A stretch of 64,000 bases of DNA, from contig NC_092674.1 in the NCBI RefSeq assembly GCF_964355755.1, positions 8,866,001 through 8,930,000 on the forward strand. The letters run 5' to 3'. This document shows positions 1 to 12,800 of this stretch, piece after piece. The stretch comes from Antedon mediterranea. Its lineage: Eukaryota > Animalia > Echinodermata. The number at the start of each line of letters is the position of its first letter. Positions within the stretch are counted from its first letter, which is position 1. The position numbers and the translations under genes were made by a program. Under the pieces are notes generated by a model, which saw only the letters and a list, made by a program, of their open reading frames with translations, searched no databases and was not told where the DNA came from.

Positions 1-289
1 TTTATAGCAATCCGTCTTGAATGAATTTTAAGCATTAATTGGCATTCCAATTATAAGGCAGGAAATTCACGGCAGTTTCAGCAACATGGTAGTATTAGTT
101 CATGGTGACCGCAACATAAATCTAAAATACGTTTTTTTCATCATTCTATTTTTGAAATTCCAATTACATTTCAGGAAATGTGCAACTGTGATTCCTGAAA
201 AATGTGTAACTTCCAGTTGACCCTTATACTCTGCAATCTGTCTAGTTTCAAAATGTAGTAACTATGTCTCTACTTTTATCTCAACTTTA

Positions 290-560
290 TAATGCAGGCT
301 GTCAAGGTAGATGTTGGCCCTAGTGAGAGATTATGATCATTAACAATGGCATCTCTCAGGCTCTCAAAGTAGATGTTGGCCCTATCTAGTGGGAGTGCGA
401 GAGGCATGATGACTGGCCAAACAATGGCATCTCTCAGGTTGTCAAAATACATGTTGGCCCTATCTAGTGGGAGTGTAAGAGGCACGATGATTGGCCAAAA
501 CAACAGCATCTCTCAGGTTGTCAAAATACATGTTGGCTCTATCTAGTGGGAGTGTGAGAA
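290..560. repeat. ~78-bp tandem repeat (about 3.5 diverged units) downstream of the WD40-like gene stop codon
   Basis: ACAA(T/C)(G/A)GCATCTCTCAGG recurs at 343, 421 and 500; it explains ORF 276-509. Confidence 0.85.
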
Positions 561-801
561 ATGGCTAAAGAAAGCCAGTGTTCACATACCGGTAGGGCTA
601 AGGCAAGGTGACTGGACAAAACAATGGCATGATCATCTAAGTTGAGCTGAATATGCTAGTTCTGGTTAAACATGTACATCCAAGTTTAACTGATTGAAAA
701 ACAAAAATTTGCCACGCAAACCTTTAAAATCATATAGTAAAATTGCAACTTAGTCACCTCATTTGTCTTCTAACTGGTGCACTTCATTACTTAATGACTC
801 C

Positions 802-3800
802 TCAACTCGCCACTTCATTGGGTGGCTCTGAATCTTTGGGTTCATCTTGTTTTGCAGTCTCTTGTTTATTCTAAAAACAGAATTACAAAATGATTTTTGT
901 TTGTAAATTTAATCAAAAAACATGTCACGTCATTAATATTAAATTTGAAAAGAACGATAAATGAAAAACAACTTTTGAAGAGCTGAATAAAAGTAGGACA
1001 TTTCTACCTGATCTATCAGATAAAAAGGATGCGAGCGATCTATTTTTTGATACTCAGCCATCAGATCGTTGCCAAATTCTCCATCTGTCAATTGAATAGC
1101 ACTGTCAACAAGTTGCAGAACAAGACGTCTGAAGTAGGCAGTGGTGTGGCGATTATCTTGACCATCAAGTAAATCACGACTTGACCATGACCAGGTGTTG
1201 GAGGCCACTTTATTTTTCATCCTAAAATAAAAATAATTATAAGCAACTTAAGTATCTTCTTAAATCAACAGGCCATCTTCTCTAAATACATTACCTCCTT
1301 TTTCTGCCTCTAATCATAAATCTATTAATGAAGAGAATGATATAAAATGTAATTAGTGTCTCACCAAGCTTTGTGTGTAGCATACATTTCACGTCTGTTT
1401 TCCTCTGTGTTCTTGTCTGCTATGTCAATAATTTTAATACCTGACTGTTTCTATAAAAACAACATAGTTAAATAATGAATTAGTAACGCTTTAAAAAACC
1501 CAAAAAATTAGCGAAAATAATCTGCTACAGTTTCGCTGAAGAAGCTGTCTGAGAAGGACAGCGAAACTGTCAAGCAGGTTAGTTTCGCTAATTTTTGGGG
1601 GTTTTTTTCGAAAAGAATTACTAACTCATAAATATCCAAAACCAGATGAACATTTTTAATCATAGTTAAGAATTACAATTTATTTTTAACTTTATTAGAA
1701 AGGTATGGCGCATCGGTACAAGATATTGGACTAGCACGTGATAGGCATGGGTGGAGACCTGTCTGTGCAATATTGTTTGTATCCTTCTGTAAGACACTTT
1801 ACTCTCATTCTCTCTTTGGATGGGATGTAAAGCCATTAGTCCTGTGTATGTACATACATGAACAACAAAGGTCTTTTTCAATATTTGAAGTTTATAATTG
1901 ATAAAATATTTCCTACATTTAGTCTCACTTTTTGAGACCATCATATAATCTGTTCAATTCAATTTATTTTGGATTTCACAATACAAACAACAACACATAC
2001 ATCACAATGCTAGACTCCAACAGCGAACTCAATCGCTATGCCTATATTCACACTAAGGGTATAACACTGAATTTTCCTTGACTTATATTTATAGACAAAC
2101 AGACAGACTGACCAAAACCAGACTGTAATAATACATACATTGCTGTAGTTAATGATTATCATTCTCCCCTGCGTACATGCTACATCCACCATTGACTGGT
2201 CTTCAATTGTTAAGTGCTTTGGACTGATGGTCAGTCCGTTGGCTGGTAGCGCACTTGTTTGCACGACAAGGGCGCCAGAATCCACTGAGTACACATGCAG
2301 AAAATCAAGTACCTTCACAATTAGGTATTCAGATCCAGTAACATTGTATGCTCTAGAAATCTGGTAAAAATAAAGTAAATTACTCAATTAGACAAAATTT
2401 AATATTCAAAAATGAAATACATTTCAAATTGCATTTCTGGTTTAAATAGTGATGGGTCAGATACAAAGAATATCCTGCAACTATTTGTTTTACATTTTTA
2501 GGCAGACTAGATCTGTATGCAGTAAATTCATGGTTTAATTGAAGCGATTGGTTGGCTAAAATGTTATTCAGATGGTTTAAAATATACTGTAAACTCAATG
2601 TAACGATTGGAAACTATTAAGAGGATACTTTTTGTTAATGTTTTAACAGTATGATAAACCTCTAGGGGACATCCCTATTATTTGGACATTTACAGACGGG
2701 AAACACGTTTTAACACTGAGGTCAACCTCTATTCAGGCTGCTAAATATTATCACCAAAAGGAAATTGTATCATGCTTATATATGCAGATGCTTTGACGTA
2801 CTCTTGATACTAGACCAGAGTCTGGACTCTATAGAAATTATTGACTTAAGAGTAACCATTTTACAGAGCCATCAGCAACAACGTTAATTTACCTGGAAAC
2901 TACATACACCTTTATCCATACACCTGGTAAACTCCAGTTGAGACAGACTGAATTGTATGTTGATTCTGTAAGGTCTCACCTTCATTTCTGGTACATCGAT
3001 AAACACAAAGCTAATGTGAGCACCTGAAATGGATTGTTGTATTGTGTAAAAAAAAAATGTGTAAACTCAACTGTGTCAACAAAAGTGCTCCGAACTGAAC
3101 GCAACTGATATGCACAAAAAAAAATTTCAGTTGCTTATGTTCTATTTTTCAGGAACTGAAAGGAACTCAATGCAAATTTTTACAACTCAATCGCATTCAG
3201 TTCAATGTCGACATAAGCGCTCCCACACTGGTTCCTTTCAGTTCCGTTGAGTTCCGTTCAGTTGCTCAAAATTTCGACATAAGCGCTCTCGTGCAACTAG
3301 TTTCTTTCAGTTGAGTTCCATGTCGACTTAAAGGCACCTTAAGTGATTCAAATATCGTATATTCACTGTTATATCAAGATTTAAAAAGCATTAAAAACCA
3401 ACCCCTCTTATTTTTCACGGGCCGACACTTATGGCGTTTGCGTTGGTACATTTCCCCCCTTAAGTTAAATGGAAAGGTCCCAAAACAAATTTCTTGAAAA
3501 CATCCCAGCACAGCAATTCTCTGGTGTTACACAATTCAAACATACCTGTGTGTTGGATGGCAATTTAGCTAATAAAAGTAAATACTGGTTTATAATTATA
3601 AAGATACCTTTAGGTGGACATTGTTTGAATAGTAACATGAAAGCAAGCAGATTTCCATCAGAAGACAGTTTACACTCCAACATAGCTGAATATCCATTCT
3701 GTAAATAATATTTAAGAAAAATATAAGTATTATTATTATGTTAATTTTTTCAAATTTATTTCATTTCATTTATTTGTTTGACAAAAAACGTCTTGGCTTC

Positions 3801-6800
3801 TCAGAGACAATGAGCCTCAATAGCTCGTAAGCGGAAAATCCCAGATATAGCATGTTTAACAATTAGCACGTTTAACACCCGATTATCCAAAAGCGCCAAA
3901 TTACATATAATTACTATAAAAGATGGCTTTTTAAAACTTTGATGGAAGGTGCACCTTAAATTGAATTAGGAAGATTGTTCCACAGTTTAGGAGCTGCAAC
4001 TGCAAAAGGTTCGATCACCATAGGTCTTCAGGCAACTAGGTGGAACAAAAAGTATAGATGTACTAGTAGTTGAGATCTTTTACAGACTGAAGACGTTCAT
4101 ATAATTAGGGTGGAAATATTTGATGGCGATTGGTCATGAAGTGATTTATATGTAATTAACATGGTAAATATGGTCGATTGTGTGTGTTTGTATATTGGTT
4201 AGTCAGCAGGATTATTCAAAAAGTTATTTCCCGATTTTTATAAGATTTTAAAGGATGGTTTCATAGCTGTATGAAACCAAATCAATCAAATCAAAATATT
4301 CGTTTTGAATTGTACACCACTCCTTAAATTTAGTAATTACAGTTTAAGACTCACTTATGAGAATTAATCCTAGAAATGTTTTTATGTATTGATTACGGTA
4401 AATGAGTTAATTTAAGTACATTTATGAGAGATCGATGAGGTATCATCAACCGCTTGGCCACTCACCGCCCAAACTCTTTTCACTATTGGCTTGTGAATTC
4501 CTTCTAAAAGAATACTAATATTGTGAAATATAAGTCTACCGAGCCAGATCCTGAAATTCTGTGTACTTTTCCTCATCTACCTCAGTTTTTTTTAAAAGCA
4601 CTCAATATTTATAGGTTTTATGAGCCATTGTCTGTAAGAATCAAAGAAATATCAAAAAAAGTGGCAGACTCAAAAAAATGGATTTCTTTCAAATTTTGCA
4701 CATGGCTATATATGTGTTGAGAGAAATCAAATATGAAGTATTTTTTATTTCACACGTATATTTCCATGGCAACGGCCAAATTTGTGTTTTTGACAAATTT
4801 TGTCCTTTTTTAAGGTTTTTTAAAATGGATATTGGTACTACTTTGATGAACGATATTTTTGTGTTGTTCATTTAATTATAAAAAATAATTAGTGTATGCA
4901 TAATAACAATGCATTGTGTACCTGTTTCAAATCTTTTTATTTTTTTTTATTTTATACTTTGGGAGATACCATTTATTTAAAAAGGGGTGTTTTTCACTTT
5001 TTTTAAATTGTTCAATGCAACTAAACTTTACTTCACCATAACGCCCAAAGTGGTGTATTTTTTTAGCTGATTTATTACAAATAGGTAGTTCTAATGTTTA
5101 ATAATTGATTTCTAAAATAAAATACTGGGGTAAATTTAAAATCTACAAGCAGTGTTGCGAGAAACATAGGCATTTTTATAAAAAAAAAACATGGTATATT
5201 AGTAAAAACATTTTATTTTCTTTGATTATTTGATTTGAAACTCATTGTTCAGAAAAATTCTTAATGTTTTATATAGTTCTAGTTGTGTTGTGAGAAAAAA
5301 AATTAATTTTTAATTATAGATTCTGTAATTCCCAGTTTTAATGTCATTTTATAGGTTATATCCTCTGGAAATTTGAATAAATTATCAGATCGTTGTGAAT
5401 TTTAATCTTTGCAACAGATTACTCCTCTCTTATTTTGAAGCTCCTCTTTCATTTGTTTACTTCTTTTATTTGCTAACCTAAGCAGATCCCACATGCCCAT
5501 CCACCACCACTTTCGACTATCACCCCTCTCCCCCCCCCCCACCCCGACTATAACCACAAAAAGATAAACTGCAACACTTTGGTCGATCATCCACTATAGA
5601 GTGTCAAATGCATGCATTCAAGCACCACCCACACTGCCGCTACCATCGCCCCAATGAATAGACGGATTCAAACTCCTCCATCCCACTCCATCCCACCCCT
5701 CCCCCTTTCTCCAAGCCCCCACCCACCCCAAGTTAAAAATTGCAATGCAAAAGATAGGACATAAAGTTAAGTTTTTAGACCCTCGCCTTCAACCATCTAA
5801 CTATTTAAAAGTCCTTGATCCACCACTTTCCCCTCCCCAAAATAGAACCAATCAAAAGTCAATGATATACTCAGGTATGTTAATGCTACATAACAAATAT
5901 TGAAGCCCTGATTTGAAATTTCATTTCATTTAAGGTCAGCATGTAAAATATCACACTTTATTATTAAATATTGGTTTTAAATTCTATATTTTTTTTACTG
6001 TGATGGTTGGATTCATTATTAATTATTAATTAATAATTATCTGATAATTATTTCATTTCCCTTAGTTATGCATAGCAACAGTTACTATGGTAACTAAAAA
6101 TGAGATATTCTTTAGATTTTGCATATTTATCTCATACAAATTTAAATTTGTAGATTATTAGCAGGCATGCCTTATTTGCATTTTCAAATTACCGTTTCAC
6201 AAGGTCATATTCGTAAGCACTTTCTTCTGTGATTATTTTTATTCATGAAAACCCCATATTTTATTTACAGCGGCCACCTCCCTTAACGGACGCACTTTGA
6301 AAAGCCTGTTTGTTCTTCCTATCTAATTAGTGCATTTGGTACTTACCGTAAGCAGCTGCGGGCACCTTTTTATACTAAAAATGAGATTTTTTGTAAGCGG
6401 CCAATCGAAAAATGTGATACTTATTGCATGGACCTATGAATTAGAGGTGCATGTTTATTGTATTTCTTTATATATTAGCTTTATTTTGAAGAGGTTTTAA
6501 AAACATTACTGTGAAGAGATGAGAAAACTACACAGATTTTGACCGACCATTTTTCATATGATAAAAGTTTTTAAAATTTGTCTGAAAATGCTAAAAAATA
6601 CTAAACCACCTGATTATAAATAATAATAGGCCTACAATTAGCTGGAAAATTGAGACGCTCGTTTCGTTAAGAATATCGTATATAGCCATAATAAGTGATT
6701 TTGGCCCTTTATCGGCAGAACCTCCCGTAAGGGGTCACCGCCCGTAAGCGGCCACTTTTCCAGGTCCCGAGGGTGGCCACTTACGGGAGGTTCAACTGTA

Positions 6801-9800
6801 TTTAAAAAAACAATTATCCTTAGTTACGCATAGAAACAGGTTCTAAGATAACATAAATAATACATTTTGACATAACTTGACCCAACAAATGACCCTTTCA
6901 CAAGGTCAGACATTTTCTGTGATTCAGTAGATAAGTAAATATGGGAAGTTAGTAAAGCTATGTATTCAATTGTTTGTAGTCATGAAACCCCATATTAAAA
7001 ATATTGTACTTAGTTACGTATAGAAACAGTTGCTACAATACACTATAGGTAAAACGTTGATGTCATTTTACCTCAATATGTAAATTTTTTTTTTTTTCAT
7101 GAAACTCCATATTTAAATATCATTTGTTACGTAAACAGGTTTAAGATAACACTAAACGCTTTTTTACCTTTATTCAGATTTGTCAAGACTTTCTTTCTGA
7201 GATTATTAGGATTCAGTATTTAAAGTAAATTTGGCAAAAAGTAGAAATGTAAAACTATGTAGAAAAAATGTTTTGTATTTATGAAAAACCCCTTATTTTT
7301 TTTAAATGTTCGCATAGAAACAGTTACTATGGTAAAATGTTGACCTCAAAATGAATGAATTTACAAGGTCAAGTTTGTCATTAATGGAATGCAGTAGAAG
7401 TCAAATTGGGAAAAATTACAAATGCAATCAATTCTTTGTATTTATAAAAACGCCATTTTTTACGTTTTTTTTTTAAATTACTTTCCTTAGTTACACATAG
7501 AAATGGTTGCTAAGGTAACACTATAGGTAAAATATAAAAATTTTTGAGAATTGTTATGAACTATCTTGTAAATTTTGATCAAACATTAATAGTTGTAGTA
7601 AAGTGGGGACCTGTCCTGTTTTGCATTCTGACCCCTTTTGACCTCAAATGACCTATTTACAAGGTCAGATTTTTTGGGAGGTCTTTGTATCTCTTTACAC
7701 AAAATAGATTTAAAAATTTATAAAAACCATTGACTCAATTATTTCCAAGTTTAACATTATTTTCCATCAACTAAATATTTTAATGCAAAATACTGTTTTT
7801 CTGGCAATTAATTGAAATAAACCTGGCAACACATTCTCCTATTTTATCTAAACTATTCGTATGACTCTAGTAGCATTATGACAAGCCATATATACATTTT
7901 ATTATTGAATTAGCCATATTTAAATTGTGTTTCATGTGTTTTGTTTGTTGATATTTTGTTATATTTTTTGTATTTTTCGTATTTTCCTGGCAACACAAAA
8001 CCTATGTACGAAATTTACCCCAGTGTTTTTTTCGTGATTATTGTTGACAAACCTATTGACTATCAAATTAAAAAACCTCATTGATTTAAAAACACCACTT
8101 TGGAAGTTATAGGTACGTTTATGAGGTATACTTTTATAAAAAAAATATTTTTTAAAAACACCCCTTTTTAAAATAATAGTATCAACCAAACTCCATTTTG
8201 TAATTTATTTTTTTTCTACATTAAATGGAACTCAATACATGTTGTTTACACTGCTATAAACAAAAACTGTATACTGTAAGTATTTTTGGTTAGAATAAGT
8301 ATACAAGTTTGTACTTTTTCACTATAGAAAATCTGTGAAAAATGGCAAAAACATCAAAATTTGGATAATTGACCGTTGTCATGGCAACGGAGGCTAAAAA
8401 TTAAAATGAATGTTGTAGATATGCTTTTTATTGAAATGTCTATTCATGGTAAAAATTTGAGAGAAATCCATTTTTTTACATCTGCCACCAAATCTTTGAT
8501 TTTTACAGACAATGGCTCTTATATGCAGACAAACAAAACTGACATTGATTGTTTGAAGGTTATTGTCATTAAATTTTCATATGCCTAGGCGAATGTTTGC
8601 GTCCTCTATGAGAGCCCTTCTAGTTTGCTATTCAATTATTTACTACAGTTGACTCTTTGAATACTGGATTGGACACATACACTACGAAGGAAAGGAAAAA
8701 GTTGTTTAATTACCGCTTTTTCTTTAAACTTGACTTTAGTGTAGGACAAAAGCAGACTATTCATGGTATCTCTAACAACAACGTGAAAGTCACATCCATC
8801 AGGTGGTACCTCTTGAGGGCGCCAAATTTCAGTCTGTGAAATAATTAGAAGAGAAAAAGGCCAAATGCATTTGACCAGCTCATGATTACACATCTGTGAA
8901 TATTATTCAACAACATTTTTTTTCAATTTTTACTTTTTTTGTCCCCCTGAAAAAAATAATTCACAAACAGATTTTGGTTGAATGTATGTTAATGCCACAT
9001 AATAGTTATTCACTTTGACCAAAAATTTGATTGAAAAAAAAAATATTTACCTGAAAAAAACTGTAATTTAAAGCAAAACTTATCCAAAATTGCTGCCAGC
9101 CAATGGGTTTTATTTTGGCATTTTATAAGTGAAAACTACAAAATGGCCTATTCAAAGTCTGATTTAATTAAACTTTATTTTTCATGTTTTTGGGGGACAA
9201 TACATCTTTAAAAAACAAAACATTTGATATTAGTATTACCAGAGTTCCTTCATCATCATCTCTTTTCCTATGCCAACCAACAGTTCGTAATTTCAACCAT
9301 GTAACTTCTTTTTGCGTTTGCTTTCTATCCTCTTTCAGTTTCTCTGATAACGCTTTTTTTGTCGCTCTCTTCTTACTTTTATATGCGTTCTCAGTAAATA
9401 CGACCTATCATAAGAAATAATTACATGACATTGTCAGAAACAACATATCTATTTTACTATATATTGTTTAGTACTAAATCATAATGTGGAAACTTAGTGT
9501 GGAAACATAATATGTTGTTTATTGGGGAGCCAATGGGGTGAATATATCTTTATTTTATATTTTTTTGTTCTACTTTTACTTAACAATAAACGTTATTGAA
9601 GAAACCATTACACACTTTTATGGTATTGACCTTTCAATGTTCTTCCAAATAAACATTTTTTAAATGCAGTATTCAAGATATTAGACGAATGAATGACTAC
9701 TTTGACAGCCATACCAAAGGATCAAAATCTCACCTGTGGCTCTTGATCTTCAACTGCCACAAAGGTCTTCTCATCCATCACAAGACGGTAACGATTTAAC

Positions 9801-12800
9801 GGCTCAAACCATCCAAAATGACTTAATTGCATTCTGCAATTGAAAATAAACTTATTATAGGTAAACTTAATAATTTAGGCTTAACAATTGAAGTAAAATA
9901 CATGTCTATAAAAAGAAAAAAGAAAGACTTTGTTGACGAATAACATTTTAGTAAGTAGAGACTAGATCGCAGAGGCCTTCTATAGAGTATAAGGATGTAT
10001 TAATTGTGAAATAAATGCTAGCGAGGAATTATGAAGGAATTTAAGAGCAAATTCTTAAGTGATTCCTACCGTTTTTAGCTTCCACGCAGCTCAAATTTTA
10101 AGTCACAGAATTTATTTAATATTCATATTATAATCATTCTTACTTGTTATACTTCCAGATGTTGATATAACCCTTTGCATCCACTGACAAGAGGTTACCA
10201 CAGTTACCAACACAGCCCAGGAGAACCAATGGATGTTCATGGCAACGAAATAAAGCAGCTGGGATATCCTGGCTAATATAATTTGGCTGATGTTGCAGAT
10301 TAATCTAGCAACAAAGACAAAAATAAATAATGGTATACTAAATTGGAAACCAGACAATAAATCTTCAAATATAGATATCCTGTATGGAAATACATATCAT
10401 AGGTATGCAAATATATATGTGTATGCAAATATATATCAAATTTATAAATGTATATACCTGTATCCAAATAAATGCAAATATATACCTGTATGCAAATGAA
10501 TATTGCATATATGCAAATATATACCTGTATGCAAATGAATATTGTATATATGTATTATAAAAACACATGTGTACAAATACTGATAAAAAATTTAGCATTT
10601 TTTTCAAGAGGTTTCTGATTCTGTTCAAATTCATATATTTACCTTAGGAAAAGTGTTGACCTCTGATGACATTTCGTCAGATGCTGCAGCAATCAAAGGT
10701 TCAATATTGCATTTCAAAATGTCACCATTATCAAATCCAACGAGAAACTCATTCTGCAAAAAAAATATATTTTCTGTTATTCATTTTATATTACTGTAGA
10801 ACACCCTATGGTGTCTCATCAATAGCCTTAGTGGTAAAACATATATTTCTCCTGTTTGTTTCACAGGAAAATGTCCCGTTAATAGGAGTTTTTCGTGGAT
10901 AATTTTCTACTGTAGTAGTATGTTTTGAGCATATGAAGATTGCAAAGGTTTTTTTAATTGAGTAGAGATGATTGTTACCTACTTGAGTGCCTAGTAATGT
11001 GTGACTTGGGTAAAAACAAGACAGACTGGGCCCAAGTGTAGCGGTCTTAGTCCCACCTTCAGCAAGAGGACCTGTAAGTATTTAAAAAAAGCAGAAAAAA
11101 GGTTTATAAAACAGAGCATTGTCCAATAGTATTGTGGTTGCTGTTTTATCACAGTGACTCCCTTTCCATATCTTTATCTTTATTGAAGACATTTTTATGA
11201 CAAATAAAAGGTTGGTTCTAAACATCTTGTAACCCATCTAACGTAAGCAAAACTTTCCCAGACGTATGTTTTCAAGAAGTTCTAAAGTTTTTATCACATA
11301 ATTTATATTTGTTGTGTATAAAAGATAAACAAATGTTACCTTGCTTAAACTTGTAATCATTGGGTGCCAGTCGTGCATAGAGCGTCATCTGATGAGGAAG
11401 GGTATTTGTACGGCCTGCAGAGACTTCAAAGTCTTTAATATCTCTTTTAGTAGCAACCCCTCCCGATGTCATTGACCATATATGGAGTGAACCCTAGATA
11501 AGAAAATATAAAGACAAGTAATAGTACAAAAAAATAACATGGTAATCGGTTATCATAATTATCCATTAGTTGCAATAATTTGTAGGCCTACATACCGATT
11601 CATTAATGGATATTAATCTTGAAGCATCCCAACTCCATTTGAGACTAATAATAGGATCACTGTAAATGCTGTCATTGCCTATTAGTCTTACAAGATTTAT
11701 AGGGCTTGTCCATAAATCATACACTAATATATCACCTATTACAAAAATAAAAAATAAAGTACCGTATACATTACTTCAACACACCCATATAGATACAAAA
11801 AAACTGCACATACTGAAATAAACTGCACACTGAAACGAAATTCACATACAGAAATCAAATTCACAAATTAAAAGCAACTTCACACACTGAAAACAAATTC
11901 ACACATTGAAAGCAACTTTACACACTGAAATAAACTTCACACATTGAAATAAACTGCACACACTGAAATAAACTGCACACTCTGAAATAAACTACATATA
12001 CTGAAATAAACTGCACACTGAAATCAAATTCACATACTGAAATCAACTGCACGCATTGAAATCTGCTGCACACATTGAATTCAATTTCACACCATAAAAA
12101 ACTACTCACAAAAAGCAAGAATGGTTAGGCTTACCATGGGAATAACCAAAAGCTAGTAAACGATGATCAGGTGATAGTGATGACATCTCAACGCCTTTAG
12201 ATCTGCGAACAATTTTTATCTCATCCAACATAGGATACATTTTCTTTAAAAACAAAATTGATTATCACAACATAATAAAAATAAACTGTTTCATTTTCCA
12301 ATTTAAATTATATCACTCTATTTTTAGCAATCTAGTACTAGTATTGTTGTAAAAAATCCAGTGATGTTTGTAAAAACAATTATTTAGTCTATAGTTTAAA
12401 ATAGCAGCAAAATTCAAGATTTTAGTCTACCTTCCAATATGCTAGTTCTTTTGTCCTAAAGATCCTCATGGCAGCAGGGTGTTCTTCATTCCTTTTCTCT
12501 TGCAGAACATCAGCATCTTGGAAGTGGAGAACTTTGATGTCATCATCAATGTCTTCACCAGACATGCCACTGACTTTATCCGCTTCTTCTGAAGTTGATG
12601 TCAGTTTTTGTGAATGAACCCAGATGTTATCTCTGAAAGGTTTAGAAACATGTCTTTAAGAATGTCTTTAAGAATAATTAAAATTTCTTCTAAATACCTA
12701 TATATACTGAAACAAAATAAAGTAACACATATTTACAGTTTAAATAAACACACATAGAATTTTAAAGAGAACAAATGGATTTTGATTTTATTTTTTTACA

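Noticed and set aside
1666-1944. 92-aa minus-strand ORF as an extra exon of the WD40-like gene
   Set aside because: Poor acceptor (GAAAAAG), and the flanking exons 2360-2139 and 1450-1365 already join in phase; a cassette exon is not fully excluded
4523-4875. ORFs duplicated at 39943-40239 as a possible small gene family
   Set aside because: They lie in the left TIR of the Sola3-like element and show no transposase motifs
10385-10560. TATATACCTGTATGCAAAT low-complexity repeats (similar ones at 26590-26960, 30340-30650 and 57200-57390)
   Set aside because: Ordinary degenerate intronic tandem repeats with no further structure
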